Shown piece after piece: positions 1 to 9,990 of a stretch of 64,000 nucleotides of DNA; position 1 is the stretch's first letter, and the number at the start of each line of letters is the position of its first letter. The notes beneath the pieces were generated by a model. That model was given only the letters and a program-made list of their open reading frames with translations, was not told the origin of the DNA and ran no database searches. This stretch comes from a virus. The stretch is taken from IMG/VR virus record IMGVR_UViG_3300017788_001394, positions 1-64,000 of that record; one strand, given 5' to 3'. A program made the position numbers and the translations under genes.

Positions 1-141
1 TATGCTGAATATGAAGTCAGTGCAATTCTCAAACCGCAGGCTGCTGTTAATTATGCTAAGGCGTTAACAAGTGCTGCTGAAGATGTTATAGTATTTAAAA
101 ATCAAAGGTTAGAAAAACGTGCCAAAAACAATGATAATTGA
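1..141 (+). CDS. 3' end of a hypothetical protein (partial, runs off window start)
   Basis: Frame 1 is open from base 1 (YAEYEVSAILKP...) to TGA at 139-141, overlapping the next ATG. Confidence 0.5.
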   Translation, partial: YAEYEVSAILKPQAAVNYAKALTSAAEDVIVFKNQRLEKRAKNNDN

Positions 142-310
142 TCCTCCAGAAGGATGGCGTTATGGATTTCCTAAACCTATTCCTGGAGATATGGTGATTG
201 CGTCTGAAGAAGTTTTCTCGGAATGGCTTGTGGAAAATGGCTATCCAAGCGAACGGTTGTTTGAAGCACTTAGATACAGTAGATATTATTGGGAAAGAGA
301 TATAGAATGA
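131..310 (+). CDS. small phage hypothetical protein
   Basis: ATG at 131; begins MIIDPPEGWRYGFPKP; coupled to both neighbours. Confidence 0.65.
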   Translation: MIIDPPEGWRYGFPKPIPGDMVIASEEVFSEWLVENGYPSERLFEALRYSRYYWERDIE

Positions 311-1041
311 AAGTTCACATTTGCAAGTATAAGAGCTTTTTTGGCCCTTATCAATTGGCTGAACTGCTGTGTTTTTGGGTCAAGCCTGTTAAAGACGAAT
401 ATGGCATGGAGGACAAGCCTGAATGGGTTCATCACTTTGGTGAATGGCTTGCGTATGGTAATGTTGAACCAAAACCTGCTGTAGGAGACATTAGAAAGTG
501 GGGCGATGACCGTCTTCAAACTTGGCTTTATCGATTTCTTCTTTGGATCAACAAATTTAGAAAACAACGTATCCAGGTGCGTATTGATCGTTGGGATACT
601 TGGAGCATGGATCATACCCTTTCCTACATCGTTCTTCCGATGTTGAAACAAATGAAAGATCAAAAACAAGGTGTTCCTTACGTGGATGACGAAGATGTGC
701 CCGAGCATCTTCGAAGCACAGCAGCACCTGCTCTCACCGAAGAACAGATTAACACCGGGCACGTTGATGATAACCACGAAGCTCGTTGGAATTGGGTTTT
801 AGATGAAATGATTCATGCGTTTGAAACTAAAACAGGGTCACTTCAAGATTGGGAATATCAATTCACTACCGGAGAATATGATTACCAATTTAAAACTATC
901 GATGAAAAAGGCACTGCTGAAATGATTAAAGGAAATAACCATACTGCAGAGACCAACTGGGATGCGAGAAAAGCCTATCAAGATCGTATCTCTAACGGAT
1001 TTAGACTTTTTGGAAAATATTACGAAGGACTTTGGAATTAA
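307..1041 (+). CDS. conserved phage hypothetical protein
   Basis: ATGA overlap at 307; contains IDRWDTWSMDHTL and GFRLFGKYYEGLW, a motif pair I recognise from large phage genomes. Confidence 0.75.
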   Translation: MKVHICKYKSFFGPYQLAELLCFWVKPVKDEYGMEDKPEWVHHFGEWLAYGNVEPKPAVGDIRKWGDDRLQTWLYRFLLWINKFRKQRIQVRIDRWDTWSMDHTLSYIVLPMLKQMKDQKQGVPYVDDEDVPEHLRSTAAPALTEEQINTGHVDDNHEARWNWVLDEMIHAFETKTGSLQDWEYQFTTGEYDYQFKTIDEKGTAEMIKGNNHTAETNWDARKAYQDRISNGFRLFGKYYEGLWN

Positions 1042-1207
1042 ACGATATATGTCACTAGAATACAAATATCGTGTTGGTGCTGTAGCTCGTAACATAGATG
1101 ATTATCAAAGATACAGTTCTGTGTATCATACCAACAGTGATATCTCTATTGATCGTTTAAGCGGTGTGCCGCATGAAAACTACAATCATATTTATACAAA
1201 TTATTAG

Positions 1208-1236
1208 TTGACACATTGCATTCTCTGTGCTATTCT
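1208..1236 (+). promoter_or_regulatory. sigma70-type promoter
   Basis: TTGACA-N17-TATTCT with TG upstream of the -10 box, 30 nt before the exonuclease ATG. Confidence 0.7.
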
Positions 1237-1265
1237 ATATATAAAATACATAAAAGGTTAATCTT

Positions 1266-2246
1266 ATGACATACGTCTTAGTAGATGTTGCGAATCTATT
1301 TTTCCGTGCAAGGCATGTAGTGCGAGGCGACGATATGGATACTAAAATTGGTATGGCATATCACATTATGTTTGCCAGCATTAATAAAGTATGGCGTGAC
1401 TTTGGAGGCAAACATGTTGTATTTGCACTAGAGGGTCGTAGTTGGCGTAAAGATTATTACGAACCATACAAGCGTAATCGTCAAGATGCTCGTGCTGCAC
1501 TTACACCTAAAGAACAAGAAGAAGATAAGCGGTTCTGGGAGGCGTTTGATGAACTTAAAACATTTCTAAATGATCGCACAAACTGCACAGTATTGCAGCA
1601 CCCAAATTGTGAAGCGGATGATTTTATTGCGAGATTTATTCAAAATCATCCAAACGACAATCATGTTATTGTTAGTAGCGACAGTGATTACTATCAACTA
1701 CTTTCTACTAATGTTAGCCAATATAATGGCATCACTAACCAACACATTCGTTTGGATGGTGTATACAACGACAAGGGCAAGCCGGTTATTGATAATAAAA
1801 CTAAAGAACACAAAGTTATCGGAGAACCTGCATGGCTTCTTTTTGAGAAGTGCATTCGCGGCGATACTAGCGATAATGTGTTTAGTGCATATCCTGGCGC
1901 CCGTGTTAAAGGCACAAAAAACAAAGTTGGTATGAAGGAAGCGTTTGAAGATAAAGACTCTAAAGGCTTTAACTGGAATAACTTCATGCTACAGCGGTGG
2001 ACAGATCACGAAGGTGCAGAGCATCGTGTGCTAGACGATTATCAGCGTAACCGCACACTAATCGACCTTACTGCACAGCCGGATAACATTAAGGCTGTAT
2101 TGGATGAAACTATCAAAGTTCAAACTAATACGGTTCCTAAAGGACAAGTTGGCATTTACTTTCTGAAGTTCTGCGGCAAGTGGGATCTACAACGTGTAAG
2201 CGATCAAGCAGACGCACATGCGGAATATCTAAATGCACACTACTAA
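1266..2246 (+). CDS. rnh: T4 RNase H-like 5'-3' exonuclease (FEN/PIN fold)
   Basis: LVDVANLFFR, SWRKDYYEPYKRNR, EADDFI, SSDSDYYQL, GDTSDNV motifs. Confidence 0.88.
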   Translation: MTYVLVDVANLFFRARHVVRGDDMDTKIGMAYHIMFASINKVWRDFGGKHVVFALEGRSWRKDYYEPYKRNRQDARAALTPKEQEEDKRFWEAFDELKTFLNDRTNCTVLQHPNCEADDFIARFIQNHPNDNHVIVSSDSDYYQLLSTNVSQYNGITNQHIRLDGVYNDKGKPVIDNKTKEHKVIGEPAWLLFEKCIRGDTSDNVFSAYPGARVKGTKNKVGMKEAFEDKDSKGFNWNNFMLQRWTDHEGAEHRVLDDYQRNRTLIDLTAQPDNIKAVLDETIKVQTNTVPKGQVGIYFLKFCGKWDLQRVSDQADAHAEYLNAHY

Positions 2247-2487
2247 GGTTACTGTGGCAAAAATTCCAATTGGCTTTGATAAAAACATTGACGACACCAT
2301 TAGAGTAGCAACCGATATATGGAAAGAAACGACATTGGCAGGAAAATGGTGTGTCACGAACGGCATTAACGTTCAGTCCGACGAAGTCTATGTTCTAAAC
2401 GAAGAACTTGGTGGCGAGCTAACACTTGTAGCAGATCTAGACGAGTCTACTGCAGTTGCGTATAAATTAATGTTTGGATCTGTATGA
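2233..2487 (+). CDS. hypothetical protein
   Basis: Coupled ORF in the same operon. Confidence 0.6.
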   Translation: MHTTKVTVAKIPIGFDKNIDDTIRVATDIWKETTLAGKWCVTNGINVQSDEVYVLNEELGGELTLVADLDESTAVAYKLMFGSV

Positions 2488-2924
2488 GTAAGTATACTGC
2501 AAAACCAGTAATTGAAAATAACTTTTGGATTGTAGAAGAACGTGGCAATAAAGTCGGCACGTTACGTTATGTCAATGAGCAGTATGTTTTTTACGATAAT
2601 CGAACAAAAGAAAACAATATTGTATCTATTGATGATTTCAACATAGATAGCACAAACAAAGGATTAGTTTCAAACGCAACTGTATACAGTTACCCTACTA
2701 ACACAGACACAGTGTATGATATTGACCTACTAAATAATGTGCCTGTGTTCAAGAAAACAGCCAATTCTGCAGTACATTTTGCGGCAGGGTATTGGGGAAT
2801 ACTATTTCCAATGGGATGGAGACCGAGTTTTTGTCCTAAGTTAGAAACACTAAAAAACTATAAATACATCGGTCCGTTTAAAAACGAAGATGACATGTAT
2901 TTGTCTATCAAACGGAATAGTTAA
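2484..2924 (+). CDS. conserved phage hypothetical protein
   Basis: ATGA overlap; AKPVIENNFWIVE...FCPKLETL...YIGPFK. Confidence 0.7.
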   Translation: MSKYTAKPVIENNFWIVEERGNKVGTLRYVNEQYVFYDNRTKENNIVSIDDFNIDSTNKGLVSNATVYSYPTNTDTVYDIDLLNNVPVFKKTANSAVHFAAGYWGILFPMGWRPSFCPKLETLKNYKYIGPFKNEDDMYLSIKRNS

Positions 2925-2925
2925 A

Positions 2926-3255
2926 ATGAAAAAGTTACTATTACTACTAGGATTGCTCAGTTCTCCTGCAGTTGCACAAGAAACACAAAACCCTACATAT
3001 TCTATATTATACACATCACATGTATGCGATACATATGAAAACATTGTTAGTTGGATTACCGGAAAGTTTAAAGAAGAAATTCTTTTCAAAGGCATCGGCA
3101 CTGCAGTTTACGAAGATCGAACATCTTACGGTGAACAGAACGGCGTAATGCAGTATTTTGTAAATCAAAAAACCGAATCTTGGACTATGATTTATGTTTT
3201 TGAACCCAACAAAGTTTGTATTATGGCAAGCGGCGTCAAGTTTCAACCATACTAA
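2926..3255 (+). CDS. putative exported protein
   Basis: Signal-peptide-like N-terminus MKKLLLLLGLLSSPAVA|QE. Confidence 0.65.
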   Translation: MKKLLLLLGLLSSPAVAQETQNPTYSILYTSHVCDTYENIVSWITGKFKEEILFKGIGTAVYEDRTSYGEQNGVMQYFVNQKTESWTMIYVFEPNKVCIMASGVKFQPY

Positions 3256-3316
3256 GACTAAAATTCTCTACTACTTTAATAAATACTACTATATTAAAGT
3301 GATAGAGAATAGAACT

Positions 3317-3625
3317 ATGGCAAGACCAAAACCAAAAATAATATTAGAATACACAGATCCTAAAAGCTATCGTAGTGAGCAAATTTTAGCTGCTACTGCT
3401 ATCTATGCAGTTTTCCACGACGGCAAACCTGTTAACTTAAGAAGTTTAAATAGTCTTGTCAATTATCCCGGACCGAAATACAAAAAGGTGTCTTTTAGTA
3501 ATAGTGGTCATGCATTTAACCTATCAACCCGACTAAACAAATTATTCAAGACAGATAAGTTTGTAGTTGTAAAGCTAACATCAGGCGAAGTTATCACGGA
3601 AGATGACGACAACGAGTTTTTATAA
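3317..3625 (+). CDS. conserved jumbo-phage hypothetical protein
   Basis: MARPKPKIILE...PGPKYKKVSFSNSGHAFNL; ATG at 3317. Confidence 0.75.
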   Translation: MARPKPKIILEYTDPKSYRSEQILAATAIYAVFHDGKPVNLRSLNSLVNYPGPKYKKVSFSNSGHAFNLSTRLNKLFKTDKFVVVKLTSGEVITEDDDNEFL

Positions 3626-3953
3626 AGAAGTCTTAGATTACGCTAGAAAAGAAAACAACTGGGTTACGCTAAGACATTTGTTTAAAAATTACCGTAACGG
3701 TAAAGGGCTCAACTTAACTAAGTTGGGCCTTACTGTTTTGAGCGAGATGGGATTTGAGTCAGAAACATTTAAAGTATCAAACGAACTTACATTTACTGCT
3801 AAACTTAGAATACTACTAGATCGTTATAACAAATATCCATACTACATAGACCGAACCAAACTAGTGTTGTTTGGCTCTGAAGATCGAATCATGTTTAAGC
3901 TATACGGCAAAGATCTTGTTGCATGGGCAGAACATATGGAAAATAATTTGTAA
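3603..3953 (+). CDS. hypothetical protein
   Basis: Coupled ORF, 116 aa. Confidence 0.65.
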   Translation: MTTTSFYKEVLDYARKENNWVTLRHLFKNYRNGKGLNLTKLGLTVLSEMGFESETFKVSNELTFTAKLRILLDRYNKYPYYIDRTKLVLFGSEDRIMFKLYGKDLVAWAEHMENNL

Positions 3954-4026
3954 ATTCTGAAAAAAAACTCTTGCAATCCATGACGTCTTACATTATATAT
4001 ATTGTGTAGGCGATAGAAAAGGGAAG

Positions 4027-4269
4027 ATGCAAATGATGGTTTTTGATGCAATCAACGGAACCACTGCAGTCGCGCGGAATTCGATCAAAGAGGTTCGTAT
4101 TGTTCGGACAGTCAATCCATTCGACTACGACCGTAACTTCTGGATGCTCTACACTCCTGGTGGTGGCATTGACGATGATATCACTACCCACGGCCCCTTT
4201 ACCAGTTATGAGGCGGCCAAACGTAATGCTGAAATGCATGTCGGCGTAAAAATGGATTGGGCGATCTAA
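4027..4269 (+). CDS. small early-type hypothetical protein
   Basis: Purine-rich SD-like sequence upstream; follows a TTGCAA...TATAT promoter-like region. Confidence 0.65.
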   Translation: MQMMVFDAINGTTAVARNSIKEVRIVRTVNPFDYDRNFWMLYTPGGGIDDDITTHGPFTSYEAAKRNAEMHVGVKMDWAI

Positions 4270-4270
4270 G

Positions 4271-4387
4271 ATGTTTGCTTGTGTTTTCTATAACTTCGGC
4301 TACCGTGTCCACTTTGACACTTACGAAGAAGCCAAAGCCCACGGCGATAAGTCTGGGTTCCAATATACCATCCTTGAGGAGAAATAA
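4271..4387 (+). CDS. 38-aa hypothetical protein (below ORF-track cutoff)
   Basis: ATG TTT GCT TGT...GAG AAA TAA exactly fills the gap between neighbours. Confidence 0.55.
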   Translation: MFACVFYNFGYRVHFDTYEEAKAHGDKSGFQYTILEEK

Positions 4388-4388
4388 G

Positions 4389-4673
4389 ATGGGTTATCTA
4401 ATTTACGACCGCAAGACGACTGCAATTGCAAGCAAAGTGTACAAGACGCACGCCGCTGCTCAGGCTCAACTGACTCGGATGGGCAAGGGCCAACTCCAAA
4501 CCGATCCCAGCCATCCGATTTACCGCTACGGCATTGCCGAGATGACCTACTGGATCGACAACATCCAGAAGACTGTGACTCGTGTGAACTTGATGTCAGG
4601 TAAAGAATACCAAGAACCGGTCGGCACGCCGCTGGCTTGCTCGCCTGCAAGTGAAACATACTGGAGCATTTGA
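4389..4673 (+). CDS. small hypothetical protein
   Basis: GAGGAG SD before ATG 4389; ends TPLACSPASETYWSI. Confidence 0.7.
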   Translation: MGYLIYDRKTTAIASKVYKTHAAAQAQLTRMGKGQLQTDPSHPIYRYGIAEMTYWIDNIQKTVTRVNLMSGKEYQEPVGTPLACSPASETYWSI

Positions 4674-4674
4674 A

Positions 4675-4962
4675 ATGACTGTTGCTAAGATCGCAGAAGA
4701 ATTCAAAGTTGTTACTACTCGTCCTCTCAATGCACTCGACAAAGTAGGTATTGCAGAACTTGCTCAATACACTGTTGTTCCTACTGGCGGTGTATTTCCT
4801 GTTGCTGATGCAGATATTACTGTTCGTAATGAATGGCGGTGGGAAATTGACGAAGGTCATGGCCTCGAGAGGCTAACATTCGAAGATGCTTGTGTTGTGT
4901 TCAAAGACGGTTCAACGCTAACCTTCAAAGCAAAAAAGGTTAAAAATGCTCGATGCAACTAA
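4675..4962 (+). CDS. hypothetical protein
   Basis: GGAG SD and ATG at 4675. Confidence 0.6.
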   Translation: MTVAKIAEEFKVVTTRPLNALDKVGIAELAQYTVVPTGGVFPVADADITVRNEWRWEIDEGHGLERLTFEDACVVFKDGSTLTFKAKKVKNARCN

Positions 4963-5194
4963 ATCTGTGCCTCGTTCATCTACTCCAGCCGAGCGTGAAG
5001 CTTTCGTCAAGCTATTAGTGGATATAAGAGGACCGCATTATGCTATTGGCTATCTCAAACATATGTATCAATACGCAGAACTCACTGACACTGACGAAAG
5101 AGTGCAAGAACGTTTCCGTCAAGAACTAATTCAAGAAAAGTTTCTTGCACTTGTCGACAAAAAAGATGTTGACACTTACAGCACCTACTGTTAA
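4946..5194 (+). CDS. hypothetical protein
   Basis: Coupled ORF. Confidence 0.6.
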   Translation: MLDATKSVPRSSTPAEREAFVKLLVDIRGPHYAIGYLKHMYQYAELTDTDERVQERFRQELIQEKFLALVDKKDVDTYSTYC

Positions 5195-5197
5195 AGT
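5169..5197 (+). promoter_or_regulatory. sigma70-type promoter
   Basis: TTGACA-N17-TAAAGT with extended TG; AGGAG SD downstream. Confidence 0.7.
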
Positions 5198-5245
5198 TAC
5201 GGTGTAAGCTAAAGAAACAACCAACCTAGGAGATACACAATAACT

Positions 5246-6340
5246 ATGGAACTGAACACCCGTACTGTTAAACTTTCCGAACTTACTAAGTATGCCAAGC
5301 ATCACTTCCGGACCAAGCGTCCGCTCATGGTGTGGGGTCCTCCCGGTATCGGTAAGTCAGATACCTTCAAGACCATTAAAGAACAGTACGAAGCGATGGG
5401 GCTTCGGGTTAAACTGATCGACTGCCGGCTGTCGCTGTGGGAACCCACTGACCTTAAGGGTTATCCTTACTACGACAAAGAAGCGAACAAGATGCGCTTC
5501 TCGGCGCCTGACGAACTTCCCGATGAGGAGTTGGCATCGCAGTATGACATTATCATCCTGTTCCTAGACGAACTTAACGGTGCTGCGCCGTCGACACAGG
5601 CTGCTGCCTACCAGCTGATTCTCAACCGTGCAATTGGCACTTACCGTCTGCCCGACAATGTTGTGATTGCTGCTGCTGGCAACCGTGAAAGCGACAAAGG
5701 TGTTACCTATCGTATGCCTAAGCCGCTTGCTAACCGCTTCCTGCACTACGAAGTCCGTGTTGACTTTGAAGACTGGTTCGACTGGGCTGTCCGACACAAC
5801 ATCCACCCCGATGTTGTTGGTTACCTGACTACCTTCAAAGAAGACCTTTACAACTTCGATGCAGGGTCGAGCGAACGTTCTTTTGCTACTCCTCGCTCGT
5901 GGGCGTTCGTTAGCGACACGCTGAAAGATGTCGAAGACTTCACTGAAGAAGAAGTTACTGACATGGTTGCTGCAGGTATCGGCGAAGGTGTTGCACTTAA
6001 GTTCAAGGCACACCGTGCTGTTGCTGCTCAGCTGCCTAACCCAACTGACATCCTCAAAGGTAAGGTCAAAGAACTGCATACTAAGAACATTAGCGCCAAG
6101 TATTCGCTGACTACTGCACTGTGCTACGAGCTTAAGGAAGTGTTTACTAACAACGATCCTAAAGCACACGAAATGTTCGACAACTTCCTCGAGTTTGTGC
6201 AGAACAACTTTGAGGCGGAAATGGTTGTCATGGCGAATACTATCGCACTTGGCAAGTATCAGATCCGTGTTAAGTTCAATCAGCTTAACAACTGGAAGCC
6301 TTTCATCGAGAAATACGGTAAGTTGATCGAAATGGCGTAA
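5246..6340 (+). CDS. MoxR-like AAA+ ATPase
   Basis: Walker A GPPGIGKS, Walker B LFLDE, AAGNR, arginine finger LANRF, TPRSW. Confidence 0.9.
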   Translation: MELNTRTVKLSELTKYAKHHFRTKRPLMVWGPPGIGKSDTFKTIKEQYEAMGLRVKLIDCRLSLWEPTDLKGYPYYDKEANKMRFSAPDELPDEELASQYDIIILFLDELNGAAPSTQAAAYQLILNRAIGTYRLPDNVVIAAAGNRESDKGVTYRMPKPLANRFLHYEVRVDFEDWFDWAVRHNIHPDVVGYLTTFKEDLYNFDAGSSERSFATPRSWAFVSDTLKDVEDFTEEEVTDMVAAGIGEGVALKFKAHRAVAAQLPNPTDILKGKVKELHTKNISAKYSLTTALCYELKEVFTNNDPKAHEMFDNFLEFVQNNFEAEMVVMANTIALGKYQIRVKFNQLNNWKPFIEKYGKLIEMA

Positions 6341-6375
6341 CACTACAAAGCCCTGTATTCATATAAATATTTTAA

Positions 6376-6711
6376 ATGACTGACCTCCCAAAAGAACCAT
6401 TAGATTATATAAATCAATCCGCTGGCAGTGATACCAATTCTCCATACAGTTACCTAAAGAAATTCGAACACCAAGTATCAATGAATGGCCCTGCTATACA
6501 TAAGTATGCAGAATGGTGTGAAACATATTGCGAAGGTTTGTGGAGTTGGCATTTTGAGCCGTGGGCGTATGGGCACGACCTTAAGAATAAATTAGGCGGT
6601 GGTGCAAGTTACAGTTCGATGTTGTACCCAGCCCCACCTATACAAACGATTATAAGTTTCGAATTGCTAGACGATATGTTAAAATTTAAACTTTGCTGTC
6701 TTAATGGTTGA
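6376..6711 (+). CDS. hypothetical protein between the ATPase and VWA genes
   Basis: 111-aa ORF preceded by TATAAATA at 6362-6369. Confidence 0.6.
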   Translation: MTDLPKEPLDYINQSAGSDTNSPYSYLKKFEHQVSMNGPAIHKYAEWCETYCEGLWSWHFEPWAYGHDLKNKLGGGASYSSMLYPAPPIQTIISFELLDDMLKFKLCCLNG

Positions 6712-6735
6712 CATTGTAGCTGGATCTGCTATAGT
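6708..6735 (+). promoter_or_regulatory. sigma70-type promoter
   Basis: TTGACA-N16-TATAGT, GGAGG SD downstream. Confidence 0.65.
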
Positions 6736-6759
6736 CAAACTGTAAACAAGGAGGCTACT

Positions 6760-7971
6760 ATGCAAGACTTTAAAACTGCGGGCGAAAAGCTAGTTGCCGC
6801 TCGTGTTCGCATGTTGTTTAAACAACCGTTTTTCGGTAACATTGCGTGTCGGCTTGAACTTGTAGAAGTTGAGCCTGGCGGTTGGTGTCCGACTGCCGCC
6901 GTTGACGGTCGTCGCTTTTATTACAATCCAGAATTCGTTATGAAGCTGGACATGGACGAAACTGTGTTCCTTGTCGGACATGAAGTAGGTCATTGTATCT
7001 ACGAACACTTCCTGCGTCGTGGTGAGCGTGACGGCAATATTTGGAACATGGCGGGTGACTATAAGATTAACGCTATGCTCGTTCGTGAAAGTATCGGTCG
7101 TCTTATTACTACTGTTAAACCCTTGTATGATAAGAAGTATGCATCCGACGACTGGTGGACTGAGAACGTCTACGACGACTTGATTCAGCAAGGTGCTGCT
7201 CCACAACAAACCATCGACGTTCACATCGAAGTTGGTGAAGGCAATGGCGATGAGGGCAAGGACGGTAAAGGTAAAAATGCACCTACTATCAGTCCTGCAG
7301 AAGCAAAAGCTATCGGCGACGAAATGAAGAACGTTATTATGCAGGCTGCACAGGCGGTAGGCGCAGGTAACGTTCCCGGTGATATCCGTCTTATGATTAG
7401 TGCTCTAACTTCTCCGCAAATGGACTGGCGTCAGATGATTCGTGTGTCGCTTGAGAGCAATCTTTTTAACGACTTTACTTTCATGCGTCCTAACCGTAAG
7501 AGCCAGTTTCACGACTTTGTTCTTCCGGGTATGAAAAAAAATCAGCAAATCAATGTTGCTGTTGGTATTGACGTCAGCGGCTCGACGATTGGTAGCGACG
7601 ATATCCGTGACTTCCTTAGCGAAGTGCAGGGCATTATGGACCAGTTCGAAAACTATCGTATGGATGTATGGTGCTTCGACACTCGAGTTAGAGGACATGA
7701 TGTATTCACTAGTGAAGATGGCAGATCGATTACCGAATTCAATATGACTGGTGGTGGTGGCACTGACTTTATGTGCAATTGGGAACATATGATTGCAAAC
7801 AAAATCGAACCTGATCAATTCCTTATGTTTACTGATGGTGAACCGTTCGGTAAATGGGGTATCGAAGACTACTGCGATACACTGTTCCTGATCAAAAATC
7901 ATCGTCATAAACCTGTTGCTCCGTTTGGGCAGAGTGTTTATTACACGGAGAAAACCAAAACTCGAGCATAA
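6760..7971 (+). CDS. metallopeptidase-like + VWA domain protein (MoxR partner)
   Basis: HEVGH zincin motif; MIDAS DVSGS, GGGGTDF, FTDG. Confidence 0.88.
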   Translation: MQDFKTAGEKLVAARVRMLFKQPFFGNIACRLELVEVEPGGWCPTAAVDGRRFYYNPEFVMKLDMDETVFLVGHEVGHCIYEHFLRRGERDGNIWNMAGDYKINAMLVRESIGRLITTVKPLYDKKYASDDWWTENVYDDLIQQGAAPQQTIDVHIEVGEGNGDEGKDGKGKNAPTISPAEAKAIGDEMKNVIMQAAQAVGAGNVPGDIRLMISALTSPQMDWRQMIRVSLESNLFNDFTFMRPNRKSQFHDFVLPGMKKNQQINVAVGIDVSGSTIGSDDIRDFLSEVQGIMDQFENYRMDVWCFDTRVRGHDVFTSEDGRSITEFNMTGGGGTDFMCNWEHMIANKIEPDQFLMFTDGEPFGKWGIEDYCDTLFLIKNHRHKPVAPFGQSVYYTEKTKTRA

Positions 7972-7975
7972 GTAT

Positions 7976-8260
7976 ATGAAGATACTTGAACAAAAATATT
8001 CGCTAAGTGAAGAAGATCTACAGTATCTGGTAGGTACTGAAATTTTCATATCAATGTTAAAGCAACGAATTATAGTAGAATTTGATGTTTCACCCGATAT
8101 AGAAAAATTAGACTTTTCCGGGTGTCGTGGATTTTACCACATTAGAAGTCTAGGAAGCAAACTATTTCAGTTTTGGTTTGAACACCCACAAGATTACGAA
8201 AATTTTAGAGCTAATCTAATCGCATTTAAACTGTCTCAGACTAAAAATGAAGATAAATAA
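7976..8260 (+). CDS. hypothetical protein
   Basis: ATG at 7976 just after the VWA stop. Confidence 0.6.
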   Translation: MKILEQKYSLSEEDLQYLVGTEIFISMLKQRIIVEFDVSPDIEKLDFSGCRGFYHIRSLGSKLFQFWFEHPQDYENFRANLIAFKLSQTKNEDK

Positions 8261-8290
8261 GTGCGTATATAATTAATATAGGAGTATACA

Positions 8291-8542
8291 ATGTCAGAAG
8301 AAAATAACAACATCACAACAGAATCTGCACCAGCGGTGGATCAATCTGCGCTATCGCTTAACCTAAATGATTTGCAGAATGCTGCACAAATTATTGACGT
8401 AGCAGTATCACGTGGTGCATTCCGTGCAGGCGAAGCTGCACAAGTTGGTGCTGTTTATAATAAGTTGACCGCATTTGTTCAGGCTACACAAGCTGCACAA
8501 TCTGCACAAATTGCTGAACAGCCACAAGGCGCTACTGCCTAA
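8291..8542 (+). CDS. conserved jumbo-phage hypothetical protein
   Basis: AGGAG SD; LNLNDLQNAAQIIDVAVSRGAFRAGE. Confidence 0.75.
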   Translation: MSEENNNITTESAPAVDQSALSLNLNDLQNAAQIIDVAVSRGAFRAGEAAQVGAVYNKLTAFVQATQAAQSAQIAEQPQGATA

Positions 8543-8557
8543 TAGGAGGAGTATCCC

Positions 8558-9220
8558 ATGGCAAATATAAAACATATTGGAAGAGTTGCAAACACTAATG
8601 TAAAGTGTATTGTAGTATTCCGTGAAATCTATGACGAAAAGGGTAACGTTATTGACCCTAACAACTGCTTAATTGTTGAAACTGAACGACTGCCTGATAT
8701 GGAACATGACGATGTTATTCGTGTTGTTGAGAGCAGCGAAGGACAAAGTGTTGCAAACTTCTTTGAAATTGCACACCGCAGTCGATTTGCAGACGGCACT
8801 AATATGCTGAATAGCTTACACCGCCGTGGATACTTGCGTAAGTATCCAACTAGTCAAATTGAACTAACACCAAATCCAAGCACTGCTATAAAACTAAGCG
8901 AAATCAATACTATTATTCGTAAACAAAAAACCGGAATGAGTGAATCGGATATTCGTAATAGCATGGTTGATGACACCGATAAGGCGCCACGTGGTATGGA
9001 TGGTAAGTCTACAAACATTCGCTTTGATTCAACACAAACCATCGATCAGGCTGTAACTGTCCCAAGCGAAACAGTGTTAGACGATACTGCTATTGCTAGA
9101 AACATGCTTGCACAAGCAAGCACCTTTTTAGCAGAAGCTGAACGTCTGAGAGCAGAAGCATATGCTATGGCTCCTACACTAAAGCCTAAAGCAGGTCGTA
9201 AGCCAAAAAATGCCGATTAA
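8558..9220 (+). CDS. conserved phage hypothetical protein
   Basis: GGGAG SD; MANIKHIGR...; 220 aa. Confidence 0.75.
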   Translation: MANIKHIGRVANTNVKCIVVFREIYDEKGNVIDPNNCLIVETERLPDMEHDDVIRVVESSEGQSVANFFEIAHRSRFADGTNMLNSLHRRGYLRKYPTSQIELTPNPSTAIKLSEINTIIRKQKTGMSESDIRNSMVDDTDKAPRGMDGKSTNIRFDSTQTIDQAVTVPSETVLDDTAIARNMLAQASTFLAEAERLRAEAYAMAPTLKPKAGRKPKNAD

Positions 9221-9539
9221 GAAAAAAGATCGCAGTTTTCAAAACATTGTTAGGGAAATTGAGATAGATCAAGTACCAATAGAATATATCGACACTCTTA
9301 CTGTAGTTTTACAGAATGGTGACCGTGTATTGTTCGAAGGCGAAGATCTTGAAGATATCGAGGCTGATAATATTGTTGGCTTTATAATGGCAGTAGCTGA
9401 CGAACTTGGCGATGAACACGGTAGTAACATTGAGAATATTGAAATCGTTGTTAACTATGCAGATCTCGAACAAGACGTGAGAGAAAAAGTAAACAAGTTA
9501 CTCAATAAAAAAGATGATTCGAGCAATACTAGCTTGTGA
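9210..9539 (+). CDS. acidic hypothetical protein
   Basis: Coupled ORF. Confidence 0.7.
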   Translation: MPIKKKDRSFQNIVREIEIDQVPIEYIDTLTVVLQNGDRVLFEGEDLEDIEADNIVGFIMAVADELGDEHGSNIENIEIVVNYADLEQDVREKVNKLLNKKDDSSNTSL

Positions 9540-9990
9540 CCAGGATTGGGGCATCGGTAAAAACGGTGCCCTGCCTTGGCCACATAATCCCGCAGACCTT
9601 AAATGGTTCAAAGAAAATACAGTAAATTGTACTTTAGTAATGGGCAGGAAAACTTGGGAAAGTTTACCTGTGAAACCTCTTCCTAATAGAAAAAACATTG
9701 TATGTTCTACTAAAGATTTATCTCATTTTCCGGGTGCAGATTCTGTAATGAATATAAATGGAATTGTACAAACATTGCCATACATATCAGGCGGAGATAA
9801 GTGGATTATTGGCGGAGCAACATTATTAGAAAGTTGCTTACCTATTATAGATGAACTGTGGCTTAATGACGTTGGAGGAGTTTATGAATGTGATACTTTT
9901 CTTCCTAAACAAAAGATCACAGAACAGTTTCGTATGGGCAGTGTAGAAGTTCTAAGTTTTGGTATCGTAACAAAATGGGTGAGAAAATGA
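9514..9990 (+). CDS. folA: dihydrofolate reductase
   Basis: GIGKNGALPW, DLKWFK, MGRKTWESL, PLPNR, IIGGA, CDTF. Confidence 0.95.
   Translation: MIRAILACDQDWGIGKNGALPWPHNPADLKWFKENTVNCTLVMGRKTWESLPVKPLPNRKNIVCSTKDLSHFPGADSVMNINGIVQTLPYISGGDKWIIGGATLLESCLPIIDELWLNDVGGVYECDTFLPKQKITEQFRMGSVEVLSFGIVTKWVRK

Noticed and set aside
1049-1207. 52-aa ORF MSLEYKYRVG...
   Set aside because: No SD or motif; it may be real or a remnant, but I cannot support it
5564-8049. Long antisense ORFs (5564-6343, 6790-7224, 7405-8049) and similar shadow ORFs elsewhere
   Set aside because: They overlap well-supported genes on the opposite strand, show no motifs, and are explained by biased codon usage
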